From positions 160,001 through 224,000 of IMG/VR virus record IMGVR_UViG_3300031088_000782: DNA of 64,000 nt, one strand, 5' to 3'. The stretch comes from a virus. Lineage: Duplodnaviria; Caudoviricetes. The notes under the pieces were generated by a model, which searched no databases, was not told the DNA's origin, and worked only from the letters and a program-made list of their open reading frames with translations. The translations under genes were made by a program, and so were the position numbers. Shown in pieces: positions 29,017 to 38,906 of this stretch. Every line of letters begins with the position of its first letter. Position 1 is the first letter of the stretch.

Positions 29017-29793
29017 ATGTCAATTATTGTAGATCCTCCTTTAAAAAACATCAATGGTGTAAAAAAATACGAAATAAGCTTATCTGTTGCTAAAATGCTT
29101 GAAAAAGGAAGAAAATATTTTGGTTCTTCAGGTGCTTCACTGACTCACCATGTTAATAATCCTGACTATAAATCAGACTTCAAAAGAAAGCTTGTAAACA
29201 CAGGGATGGAGGGTGAGAGAAGCACTTCTAAAGCACTCAAAGAATGGATAAAAGATAAACCTACTGCTATTCTATTAGATTCAGTTCATATCAAAGGTTT
29301 CGGAAAAGAAGAAATTGATGAAGAGACCGGAACTGTTGAAGGTGGAGATACAGATCATATTCTTGTCATCGGAACTCATGTGATTCTTATTGACACTAAA
29401 AGATGGAAAAGCAGAAGATCTTATTCCATCAGCCCAAAAGGGAAAATTCTTCGTAGCGGAAAATATTTTGGCGGCGGAAATGTTAAAGCTAAACAAGCAA
29501 AATACATGTGGAAAAAATATCTAGATAAAGATGCAAAGGTTTCAAGCATAGTTTGCATAAATTCAGAAAAAGTTTTTTCAAAAATAGATGCTAACAGCAA
29601 AAAAGCAGGGTTTCAATTAGTAACTATTGAGAATCTAACTAAAACCCTTGATTGGCGTTATGAAAAAATCAGCGATTATGACAAAACACATATTAATAGC
29701 ACTCTTATTGCTCAAATATCCATGTGTTGTATAAAACCATTTGATGCATATACACGAGTGTTCAATGATGACTCAATAAAAGATTTCAAGTAG
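29017..29793 (+). CDS. NERD-like nuclease-domain protein
   Basis: GMEGERST, GDTDHILVIGTHVILIDTKRWK. Confidence 0.72.
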   Translation: MSIIVDPPLKNINGVKKYEISLSVAKMLEKGRKYFGSSGASLTHHVNNPDYKSDFKRKLVNTGMEGERSTSKALKEWIKDKPTAILLDSVHIKGFGKEEIDEETGTVEGGDTDHILVIGTHVILIDTKRWKSRRSYSISPKGKILRSGKYFGGGNVKAKQAKYMWKKYLDKDAKVSSIVCINSEKVFSKIDANSKKAGFQLVTIENLTKTLDWRYEKISDYDKTHINSTLIAQISMCCIKPFDAYTRVFNDDSIKDFK

Positions 29794-29884
29794 CCTGAAT
29801 ACTTACTCTACTTAGCTCTGTCTAAGCCCTGTATGGCGTTCTGAGGGGACAATAGTGGAAAACTAGGCAACCTTATGCAGAATG

Positions 29885-29923
29885 TTTGAAACCCCCTGTA
29901 ATCGCCGTACAGGGGGTTTCAAA
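29885..29923. terminator. Bidirectional terminator between convergent operons
   Basis: TTTGAAACCCCCTGTA / TACAGGGGGTTTCAAA. Confidence 0.75.
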
Positions 29924-29960
29924 TTAAGTAAGTAGAGATTGATTAACTAACTCTATGTTC

Positions 29961-31313
29961 TCATTCTACTCCAAGTTGATTAAGAACATTTTTTGTGTCA
30001 TATTTGCGAATAGTTTCTGAATCCTGTCGCACAGCATTCATAGCATTTGCAATCAAAGCGGACTGTGCTTCTTCAGAAGCCTCTCGAATAGCTTTTTCAC
30101 TCTGCTGAATAACTTTCAAACTGCTTTCACGAATAGCTCTACCATTCTTTTCTGCTTCGACAATAGCGGTAAATTGATCACGAATTCCATCAGCAATTTT
30201 AATGATAGTCTCTTCTGAAACCATTGCTCTCTGGTTAGCGTCAGCAATTTCAGAAACAGCCTCAGCAGTCCCTTGAGATGCTCCAGCAAGCAATCGATCT
30301 ACACCTGCATTAGCACTTTCAGCCATACGCGCCCCTTGTCGACCTTTTTCAGCTTGCTGCCATACAACAAGTTGGCTTCGAGCTGCTGGAATAGCATCAA
30401 CGCGAACACGCTGACATGTTCTCTGTAGACCGAAAGACATGTTGATAATGTTGCGAGTTGCAGTCACATTAGCTCCATAGATGAAGAACTTTTGTCGCCA
30501 CGCAAACCATGTTTTTTCAATTTCTCCAAGCGTAGAAGTTTGATTAGCAAGAACTTCTCTAAATTCTTCAATAGTGTAAGATTTGTTTTCCCATTTAATG
30601 ATAGTGTCATCGCCTTTTGATTTTGCATCATTATAAGCTGATTCCATCTTCAATGCAGTTTCTTGTGAAACTTCGATAACTTCTTCAAAAACAGCCAACA
30701 CTTTAACCATATCATTCAAAGCTTTAAGCGTTGCTTTTCTTAACTCGTGACCACGAAGAACATTATCCCGAAGTTCATTCTCCATCTTCTGCAATTGTCC
30801 GCTAGCAATATCAAGTTTAGTTGCAATAGGACGAGAATCACGAATCATAGCCTGCAGAGTGTAGGTTGTTCCGCGCATTTTGTGAATAATCTTATTGAAA
30901 AAATTCTTCATCTTAGGATCACTGTATTTTGCAGAATATCCATCAATTTCACGAAGAATTCCGTTGACAATAGCATCAGCTTGAGGAACTTCTGTATCTT
31001 TCTGTTCATCCAAAAGACGCGCATTGATCTCATTCACAGATTCCATTACTTCACTACCGAAATCGATAATAGAAGACCAATTATTGACAAATTTCTTGGC
31101 AAGTTTAGGTGCAGCTTCTTGCACTGATTTCAAATCTTCATCAGAAAGCTGACTGCGGAATTTCAAGCTTGACTTTTCAGGAGACTTTACCTGAACTTCT
31201 TCAACAGAAACACGAGACACTGTTTTGTCCAATTGAGAATCCACTGTATCTTCATCAGCGAATTCAGTTCCCGTCAAAGAATCAATGATATTTTCTTCTT
31301 GCATTGCACTCAT
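29961..31313 (-). CDS. telA: TelA-like toxic anion resistance protein
   Basis: IIDFGSEV, long helical protein, size and pattern of TelA/YaaN. Confidence 0.65.
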   Translation of the reverse strand: MSAMQEENIIDSLTGTEFADEDTVDSQLDKTVSRVSVEEVQVKSPEKSSLKFRSQLSDEDLKSVQEAAPKLAKKFVNNWSSIIDFGSEVMESVNEINARLLDEQKDTEVPQADAIVNGILREIDGYSAKYSDPKMKNFFNKIIHKMRGTTYTLQAMIRDSRPIATKLDIASGQLQKMENELRDNVLRGHELRKATLKALNDMVKVLAVFEEVIEVSQETALKMESAYNDAKSKGDDTIIKWENKSYTIEEFREVLANQTSTLGEIEKTWFAWRQKFFIYGANVTATRNIINMSFGLQRTCQRVRVDAIPAARSQLVVWQQAEKGRQGARMAESANAGVDRLLAGASQGTAEAVSEIADANQRAMVSEETIIKIADGIRDQFTAIVEAEKNGRAIRESSLKVIQQSEKAIREASEEAQSALIANAMNAVRQDSETIRKYDTKNVLNQLGVE

Positions 31314-31420
31314 ATATAATCTCCTACCTACTTATTACTTACTTTAAATTTTTGTTTTCATCTATATTTTAACACTTTTTACTATACAAACAACTTTAAG
31401 TGAAGATTTTCATAAAATAT

Positions 31421-32140
31421 TTATGAATTTTTCATATTTTTAACAACATTATCTTCATTATATTGGAAAACATGTTCTAAATTAGAATCATTCTTTCCAA
31501 TAAGAGCTTCCATAGCTACCTTGAAATCCAAATCACCATTTTTATTCACTTGCTTAATATTTTCAAGAACTTGTTTATGAACAACTTTTAGAATATTTTC
31601 AGAATCTTTGATAAGCTTTTCAGGCTCATCATAGTAATGAGGATTTTTTCTCACATCAAGATAAACTTTTTCACCGAAAATAATGTTAAGCTTTTTAAAA
31701 ATGTCAGCATATTTCACAGAGGTCTCAATCATTTTAGAATCACTTCCATGCTCTTTTATCCTCTGAAACAGTTCTCTTGTCTCTTTCATGACAGCATTCA
31801 ATTGTGCCGCAACTTTATTGTTCCCCAGAGCATAATGTTTTTGAATGAGTTCATTAAGATTTTCAGATTCTTCGACAAAATCACCAGTATGGTCTTTAAA
31901 AGAAAAACGAACAGGTTTCAGTTTCGGTTTTAGCCATGTTTTCTTAATAGTAACAGCTGCAATCGTAATAAGCACAGAAACGCTTAAAAATCCACTTCCG
32001 GCACCTATTACAGCATCAATAGGATCTATCATTCCAACATAATCGACCGTGGATGACTGTGTATGAGTATCAGAAATCGAAACACCACTGATGTTCTGTA
32101 AAACATTCTGATACTCAACAACTTCATGTTTAAAATTCAT
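31421..32140 (-). CDS. Membrane-anchored helical protein, possibly XpaC-like
   Basis: One TM, then YAD..KL..G..Y..KNP..QVLENIKQ.N..DFKVA; upstream of telA. Confidence 0.55.
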   Translation of the reverse strand: MNFKHEVVEYQNVLQNISGVSISDTHTQSSTVDYVGMIDPIDAVIGAGSGFLSVSVLITIAAVTIKKTWLKPKLKPVRFSFKDHTGDFVEESENLNELIQKHYALGNNKVAAQLNAVMKETRELFQRIKEHGSDSKMIETSVKYADIFKKLNIIFGEKVYLDVRKNPHYYDEPEKLIKDSENILKVVHKQVLENIKQVNKNGDLDFKVAMEALIGKNDSNLEHVFQYNEDNVVKNMKNS

Positions 32141-32277
32141 ACACAACCCTCCCCGAGATTATGACTTCTATAATTCAATATCTTCTGTATCTGACAATTC
32201 TTCAAAAATTTCTTTACTTAATCTTAACAGAACAATTCAATTAAGTCAAATAAGAGAAAATAATAAATCAATAATCG

Positions 32278-33603
32278 TCAGTTAGTGTTGAACATAGCTC
32301 TCAGCTTAGAAAAAGGCCTTGATGAAACATACTTCTGAGACACGGATTCTGGCTCATCATCAAAATTTTCGGTATCGTTCAAAAGCACATTCAAAGCAAC
32401 AACAAAATCAATTTCTTTATCTTCATTAATTTGACGAATGTTTTCAAGAATTTGCTCATTTAAAGCATCAACAGCTGCCTCAACTCGTCTGGTTCTTTTA
32501 TCTGCCTTATTCCAGAAGGAGGGATTCTTAGAAATGTTCATATAATAATCAGTTCCGAGCAAGGAGTTCAATTTGTTCAAACGGTCAGTATACTCAACTT
32601 CAACAGAAATTCGCCTACTTTCAGAAACATCTTTTGTTTTGATGATCCGTGCCAATTCATTCATGTTCACATAAACTTCATTAATCTTTCTCTCCAAAGA
32701 CTTACTTCCGTCCAATTCTGAATGATGAAGTTTTATCATATTGTTTAAATCATACACAGCATTGATTAAACCTTCTGAATAATTTTGGAAAGTTTTCTTA
32801 ATCGTTTTCTTTTCTTTCTTTTCGCGCAGCTTCTCAGATTTATTGCGTTTCCTGATAATATAAACAGTTGTTGTGGCACCTGCACCAAGGAGAACTATGA
32901 TTCCAATAACTTTCCCAACAGCTTCCATATCTTTACCAAATTTAGCATTTTGCGCATCAATCTCTGCATGAATAACGTTGTCATAAGAAGAAATTAATTT
33001 ATCACTGTTAGAAATTAAGCTCCATCCAGCATCATCAACTGGGGTTTGTCCGAGAATATTATTGAATTCTTTTTCAACTTCACCCTGATCGCTTGAAACA
33101 GAAAAAGCATCTTGTTTTCCATCAGAAACAACAATAATAGTATCATATTGGTCACCTACGCCATCTTTGATAGCTTGAGTGATTTCATCAACGTTTTTGT
33201 TTTTCAGTGCAGATTCGGGAATGACAGTAATTCCGATGTCAGTATTAGAAAATTTTTGCGCTATTGTTTTACCCTCAGACAGAGACGTTCCTTTTTGTTT
33301 AAAAACCGTGTAATCGGATAGTCCAACAATAGAATCTTCGATAATGTTGCTATCTGTTTTTTGAGCAGAAACATTTTTTGCTTTTACATCAGATTTATTT
33401 TTCTCTTGCTTGTATTCAGTAGAGGCAGAATAGGAAACCGAATTCTCTTCAGCTTTATTTGCGAGTGCAGAATATCCCAAAAGTCCACCGAGCGTCAAAC
33501 TCAAAGTAATTCCAAGTGAAACAACAAGCTCTAACAATGTATATCCTGAATCATTTTTTGATAATTTTATTTTAAAAACAAACTTCTTGAACTTCTCCCT
33601 CAT
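32278..33603 (-). CDS. Protein with prepilin-type N-terminal motif, second TM and C-terminal domain paralogous to 31421-32140
   Basis: SGYTLLELVVSLGI; C-term YTD..KL..G..YY..KNP..QILENIRQIN..DFVVA. Confidence 0.65.
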   Translation of the reverse strand: MREKFKKFVFKIKLSKNDSGYTLLELVVSLGITLSLTLGGLLGYSALANKAEENSVSYSASTEYKQEKNKSDVKAKNVSAQKTDSNIIEDSIVGLSDYTVFKQKGTSLSEGKTIAQKFSNTDIGITVIPESALKNKNVDEITQAIKDGVGDQYDTIIVVSDGKQDAFSVSSDQGEVEKEFNNILGQTPVDDAGWSLISNSDKLISSYDNVIHAEIDAQNAKFGKDMEAVGKVIGIIVLLGAGATTTVYIIRKRNKSEKLREKKEKKTIKKTFQNYSEGLINAVYDLNNMIKLHHSELDGSKSLERKINEVYVNMNELARIIKTKDVSESRRISVEVEYTDRLNKLNSLLGTDYYMNISKNPSFWNKADKRTRRVEAAVDALNEQILENIRQINEDKEIDFVVALNVLLNDTENFDDEPESVSQKYVSSRPFSKLRAMFNTN

Positions 33604-33717
33604 AACAAGCCTTTCTGAAATATGACACAATTATTTAAAATAATTCTACCAAACAGAAATAACATAGATTCGATATTCAATAATGCACAATAAAATAACT
33701 ACCGCGAATGGAGCAAT

Positions 33718-34287
33718 ATGTCTAATTTCTTACCTCACAACGAAGAAAATGCAAGAGCCTTAGAGGAAAAACTTAGCGAATCAATGTTCAGAAGTGTTAA
33801 AGATTTCGTTCAATTCTACAACTCTGGACTAATCAACAAAAGTTTCGATCTTGTCAAAGAAACAGCAAAAGAAATTACCGAAACTTTCAAAAATGTCAAA
33901 GAGAAAAGCGGTCAGCTTGTTCTCATTTCACAAGAAGAAGTTTTCTTAGAGGAAATTCTCGAAACTTTGAAGCCGTGGGAAGGTATTGTCAAAGCAAAAA
34001 GAGAAATCGAGTCAAGCGTCAAAGAGGGGAAGATTAACGAAAATACAATACTTGTTTTAGATGCTAACAAGTTCATTTTCGAAGCCATAAATAATGAAGG
34101 CGAAAGATTCAGTCTCAATGGAGAAAAATTATTCAACAAATCTGATAACATTGACACACTTTTGAAGAAATCATCCTATGGAGATGATTTTAATGAAGAA
34201 TATGATGGATATGTTTTCGCCGCAAAAGATCTGCTTGACATAGACACAAATTTTGTTCAAGCTATCAAAAGCAACCTTCCTCAATGA
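33718..34287 (+). CDS. Hypothetical protein
   Basis: SD GGAG; 189-aa ORF. Confidence 0.7.
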   Translation: MSNFLPHNEENARALEEKLSESMFRSVKDFVQFYNSGLINKSFDLVKETAKEITETFKNVKEKSGQLVLISQEEVFLEEILETLKPWEGIVKAKREIESSVKEGKINENTILVLDANKFIFEAINNEGERFSLNGEKLFNKSDNIDTLLKKSSYGDDFNEEYDGYVFAAKDLLDIDTNFVQAIKSNLPQ

Positions 34288-34308
34288 TAAGTAAAAAATA
34301 ATCAAATA

Positions 34309-34352
34309 GTATTAAAGCCAACTACAATTAATTCAGTAGTTGGCTTTAATAC
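34309..34352. terminator. Bidirectional terminator
   Basis: 17-bp GTATTAAAGCCAACTAC / GTAGTTGGCTTTAATAC between convergent genes. Confidence 0.7.
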
Positions 34353-34381
34353 TTATAAACCTTTGAAAAAGTTTTTAATTA

Positions 34382-35020
34382 TCAGATCATCACTATTTCT
34401 TGGACCATTCCACCCAAAGCTGTTTTTGTTTCCTCATTAGGCTCCACAAGAACAGAATAAGATGCGCTCTCAAAAAGCGGAGAATCTGACTGTGTATCAC
34501 CAAAGGCGAAGATATCCGCATACCTATTTAGCCCCAGAGTTGTCAAATACTTCCTCTTTGCATCTCCATTGAACATACCTTCAACCTTACCAGTGAAAAA
34601 ACCTTTACTATCAGTAATATAACGACTTCCAGCTGACTTGAATCCATAATGATCAGCAAATTTATCAACAAGATAACTAGGCGAACCGCTGATTAGAACA
34701 ACCTTAACTCCATTATTCTTAAATTCAACAAGACGATCAAGAATGCTATAAAAATTTTCATCATTTGAAACAACTTCAGCAATATATTCATCAACAAGAA
34801 GCTGTTCAGTGTTTTTGCCAATAATCTGTTTCCGGTAATTACTTGCCAGTTCGGTAATCAGATCTTCATTTTTCATATCTGAACGCCACATGTCAGGAAG
34901 ATCACCAAGATCAATAACACCCTTATCATGCAAAGTCGAAGCGTGATTAAGAACCAGAGACTTTTTGACAATAGTTCCATCAACATCACTGACTACAATC
35001 TTACTCATATCCTTTACCAT
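34382..35020 (-). CDS. HAD-IB family phosphatase
   Basis: DVDGT, ISGS, K, FGDTQSD motifs I-IV. Confidence 0.88.
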   Translation of the reverse strand: MVKDMSKIVVSDVDGTIVKKSLVLNHASTLHDKGVIDLGDLPDMWRSDMKNEDLITELASNYRKQIIGKNTEQLLVDEYIAEVVSNDENFYSILDRLVEFKNNGVKVVLISGSPSYLVDKFADHYGFKSAGSRYITDSKGFFTGKVEGMFNGDAKRKYLTTLGLNRYADIFAFGDTQSDSPLFESASYSVLVEPNEETKTALGGMVQEIVMI

Positions 35021-35247
35021 AACTCAACAACCTTTCAAAATTCTTTCATATATATTTTCAATTACTTACATAATAGCCTAAAAAATAACGAAAGTCAAGT
35101 ATTATAAAATGTCGTATAATATACCCAAATTATGCCTATATTATACAGGTCAAAAACTTACACGGTATGTTCTAGCTTGTCGGAGGGGGTTTACGGGCTT
35201 TAAAAATCTTTCTTTAAAGACAAGTCCAAAAGCATTTAAAAACACAA

Positions 35248-35286
35248 GCAGTGGTGCATTATCACAGCATAATAATGCACCACTGC
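35248..35286. terminator. Hairpin downstream of 35305-36588
   Basis: GCAGTGGTGCATTAT / ATAATGCACCACTGC. Confidence 0.65.
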
Positions 35287-35304
35287 TGAATGATTTAAAA
35301 TTTA

Positions 35305-36588
35305 TCAATATTCGGAATCAAAATCTAAACTTTTAAGAATAGAATCTTCTTCTGACAAATTCTTATCTTTTTCAGGAGTTGGAAAATGTTCTTCTTTCCA
35401 TTCAGCGAAACCAGGTAATTTTTCAGACAAAATAGCATTCCAATCTAATCGTGGAGCATTTCTGATAAGAGTTTCGTCGTTATCCAAAGTCCCATTCTGA
35501 GCTTCTTTCATGAAATATGTCAAAGTTTTTGCAGCTCTTTGTCTTTCTTCTCCGCTTATCTCAGCATAGAACAAATTTTTAGAGTCAGCAGCATATGGCA
35601 AATCAGTTCCATTCCAGTTGGTTGTTCCATTGATAATGATACTATCTGTGTTTCTATGTTCATAAACTGAAAATGTTCGAGTATTCCCATCTGGACTCAT
35701 AACAGTATAAGCATTTCCCCATTCTCTACCATTTTCAAAAGGCGAAACAGACACATTTGAAATGTTTTCTCTATCCATTTCTTTTTTCAATTCATTGTCT
35801 GGAAATGCTGTAGCCAAATATAATTGATTTTCGTTTTCCAAACGATTCATAAACCGATCATGCTTAGGAGTGAAATAATGCTCATCCTCACCATCATATT
35901 CTTCGCCGTTAGCAACCCGATCCAAAGTTTTATCAAAATAATTAATTGCACTGTCACCCATAATTGTTTTTCCACTTGAACCCACCGTTTTATTAAAACT
36001 GTTGAAATTCTCTAATTGAGCTTCGCGCAAGCCTATAATTCTATCATTCACATCTCTTTCTGGAGCAGGATCTGGCTCAGGAATATCCATAATTCTGCGT
36101 TGTTTAATTAGCCCCTTTCCCAACTCTCGAATAGAATCTCCACGCCCCTCATCTTTAATCCACGGCATAGTTTTCTGATGTATAGACGGCTTCATATGTT
36201 TAGAAAGATTCTCTACTTCACACCAATCATCTTCGCTCAATTTCTTTTTATTCACAATAGACGAGATTTTTTCCAAACGATACAAATTTTCCTTGTCAAC
36301 CTCGCTCCAATATTTACGATCATCTTCTTGAATCTTTTTCATTTGATATTGAATCAAATCAAAATCTCGATTGTCATTATTATAAAAGTTTGAATTTTTC
36401 TCAATGAGGGAAACATATTTGTCTGTATCAATATTTTCAGAAGCCAAACTTATTTCAGCACCTTTTATTGCTTCTTCTTTGGTTTCGTAATGTTCTGCAT
36501 CACTCATATTGAAACGACATTTATACATTGCTTTACATTGATTTGCATTGCCTGTTTCAGGGTTAATATGGTATTTTACATCTGACAT
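35305..36588 (-). CDS. Hypothetical protein with shared N-terminal tag
   Basis: MSDVKYHINPETGNANQCKAMYKCRF..EHYETKEEA. Confidence 0.8.
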   Translation of the reverse strand: MSDVKYHINPETGNANQCKAMYKCRFNMSDAEHYETKEEAIKGAEISLASENIDTDKYVSLIEKNSNFYNNDNRDFDLIQYQMKKIQEDDRKYWSEVDKENLYRLEKISSIVNKKKLSEDDWCEVENLSKHMKPSIHQKTMPWIKDEGRGDSIRELGKGLIKQRRIMDIPEPDPAPERDVNDRIIGLREAQLENFNSFNKTVGSSGKTIMGDSAINYFDKTLDRVANGEEYDGEDEHYFTPKHDRFMNRLENENQLYLATAFPDNELKKEMDRENISNVSVSPFENGREWGNAYTVMSPDGNTRTFSVYEHRNTDSIIINGTTNWNGTDLPYAADSKNLFYAEISGEERQRAAKTLTYFMKEAQNGTLDNDETLIRNAPRLDWNAILSEKLPGFAEWKEEHFPTPEKDKNLSEEDSILKSLDFDSEY

Positions 36589-36755
36589 TGAAAACTCCTT
36601 ATTTTACGATTATTAAATGTTTGTAAATATCTTTCATAGCTTTTTCTATCTCAAAAAAAAGTCAAAAAAAGAGAAACGAAAACACATAATTATGAGTGTC
36701 TATATGATATAATAATATTGAGAAAACATTCGTAAAAACAAGACAGAAGGCGAGT

Positions 36756-38849
36756 ATGTTTATGACTGTAAGAGATGATTATCTTCAAAAAATCGAACAA
36801 ATAAAGAAGTTTTCAGAACACTATTATCATAAGAATGAAAGCCTAATTTCGGATCAAACATATGACCTTCTTGTTGAAGAAACCGCAAGAGCAGGGGAAG
36901 AAAACGGATGGACAGAGCATCTTCCTCTTGTTAAAGAAGTTGCCGCTGGGACAATAGATTACGAAGCTGACATTGAACACAAAACACGAATGTTATCTCT
37001 CAACAAAGTGAATTCAGAAGAAGAGCTGGAAAAGTTCATTACAAAACTTAATCCTGACGATGATAACAATTTCTTTATTATCGAACCTAAACTTGACGGA
37101 TTGGCTTTTCGTGTCTTTTACAACAAAGGAAAAAGAGAGTTAGTATCCTCTCGCGGCGATTCTTATTATGGGAAAAATCTCACTCTACGTGCCAACGAAT
37201 TAAATATCGAGGGACTTCCCAAAACTATTTCAAGCACACAAAAATTCGAAGTCAGAGGGGAACTGTTTATCACCAACGAAAACTATGCAAAAGTTCAACA
37301 ATTTAGAACTGCACGTTGGGCTAAGTACGAAACTGAAAAGAAGAAAGCGAAAGCAGAAAAGCGTAGATCGTCAATGACAGCACCTTCTAAACCTTTCTCA
37401 TTACAAAGGTCAGCTGTGTCAGGATCAATCAATGCAAAACCGGGAACCGACACAACCGAAATCATTCTCAGTTTCGCCGCTTATGATGTTCTCTTTGACA
37501 ATGAATCAAAACAGCCCGATACATATATTGAAGTATTGGATTTCGCCAAAGAAAACGGTATCTTAACAGCATTGTCGCTGATGACGGAAATTGATTCAAA
37601 TTTGAACACACTTGAACAAATTGAAGAATTCGGAAAGTTAAGAAATTTTCTACCTTATCCTACTGATGGATCTGTTGTGAAAGCAAATTATACAGAAACA
37701 AGAAAACTCTTAGGTGCCGGAGAAAAGCATCCGAATTGGGCAGTAGCCTACAAGTACGAAGAAGAGGTAAAACCGGCTGTAATGGCCCGTATTGAACGTT
37801 CTGTGGGCAAATCAGGTGCAATCTCCTATGTCGGAATATTTGAAAAACCTGTAGAACTTTCAGGATCGCAAGTCAGTCGAGCAACATTAAACAACGCAGA
37901 CATGATAAAAACTCTTGATGTAAGAATTGGAGATACTGTCATGGTTCGAAAAGCAAACGGTATTATCCCAGAAGTGCTTGCCGTGAGAATCGCTGATCGA
38001 GAAAAGAAAAATGTTGGAGAACCTTACGAGGCACCCACGACATGTCCACAATGCTCTGAAGATTTGGATACACAATCATCAATCATCTGGAGATGCCACA
38101 ATCCAAATTGCTCAAAACTTGAAACAATCATTTACGCAATCAGTAAAAAGAATCTAGACATACAAGGTTTAGGTCGATCCACTGTTGAAACACTTGTTGA
38201 ACAAGAAAAAATTAGTGACGTAGCAGACCTGTTTTCGATGACTCAACAAGATTGGGAAAATTTGATCATTCGATACAGCGAAGCAGGAAAGCCTGTCTAT
38301 TACGGAAAAACAAAAACAGTTACAACACTAAAAAGCTTAGCCAAAGCCCTTGAAGCACCATTAGAAAAAATTATCTCATCCCTGAACATTCGATTTGCAG
38401 GAAGCACATTCGGAAGAAGATTCGCTAAACATTACAAAAGTTTCGACAAGTTTGTCAGCACCAATATTTCTGAACTCACTCAAATCGAAGGAGTCAAAGA
38501 CAAAGCACAAATTATTATTGAAGAATTATCAAAGAAAAAAGACCTTGTTGATAAATACAGAAAAGTTGGTTTTGTCAATCTTGAAATAGAAGAAACATCT
38601 CAAAATGATTCTCAAACTATTTTCGACAATGAGAATATTGTGATCACAGGTGCTGTACCAGGATATTCACGAGATGAGATAAAGAGCCTTATTGTTAATT
38701 TTGGTGGTAAATCAGGCGGAAGTGTTTCAAGTAAGACAACGCTATTAGTAGCACCTGAAAATGAAAGAGAAACAACTAAAGCCAAAAAAGCAAAAGAATT
38801 AGGAATAAAAATAATTACGCCAGAAGAATTTTTAGACAAAATTCAATAA
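36756..38849 (+). CDS. ligA: NAD-dependent DNA ligase
   Basis: MLSLNK, EPKLDG adenylation motif, EVRGE, YPTDG.V.K, AVAYKY, RATL, Zn finger, HhH, BRCT. Confidence 0.93.
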   Translation: MFMTVRDDYLQKIEQIKKFSEHYYHKNESLISDQTYDLLVEETARAGEENGWTEHLPLVKEVAAGTIDYEADIEHKTRMLSLNKVNSEEELEKFITKLNPDDDNNFFIIEPKLDGLAFRVFYNKGKRELVSSRGDSYYGKNLTLRANELNIEGLPKTISSTQKFEVRGELFITNENYAKVQQFRTARWAKYETEKKKAKAEKRRSSMTAPSKPFSLQRSAVSGSINAKPGTDTTEIILSFAAYDVLFDNESKQPDTYIEVLDFAKENGILTALSLMTEIDSNLNTLEQIEEFGKLRNFLPYPTDGSVVKANYTETRKLLGAGEKHPNWAVAYKYEEEVKPAVMARIERSVGKSGAISYVGIFEKPVELSGSQVSRATLNNADMIKTLDVRIGDTVMVRKANGIIPEVLAVRIADREKKNVGEPYEAPTTCPQCSEDLDTQSSIIWRCHNPNCSKLETIIYAISKKNLDIQGLGRSTVETLVEQEKISDVADLFSMTQQDWENLIIRYSEAGKPVYYGKTKTVTTLKSLAKALEAPLEKIISSLNIRFAGSTFGRRFAKHYKSFDKFVSTNISELTQIEGVKDKAQIIIEELSKKKDLVDKYRKVGFVNLEIEETSQNDSQTIFDNENIVITGAVPGYSRDEIKSLIVNFGGKSGGSVSSKTTLLVAPENERETTKAKKAKELGIKIITPEEFLDKIQ

Positions 38850-38906
38850 ATTATTTAGAAAAGTTATATAACTTAGGTGTTTTTTATATAATTGGAGAGC
38901 GCTATT

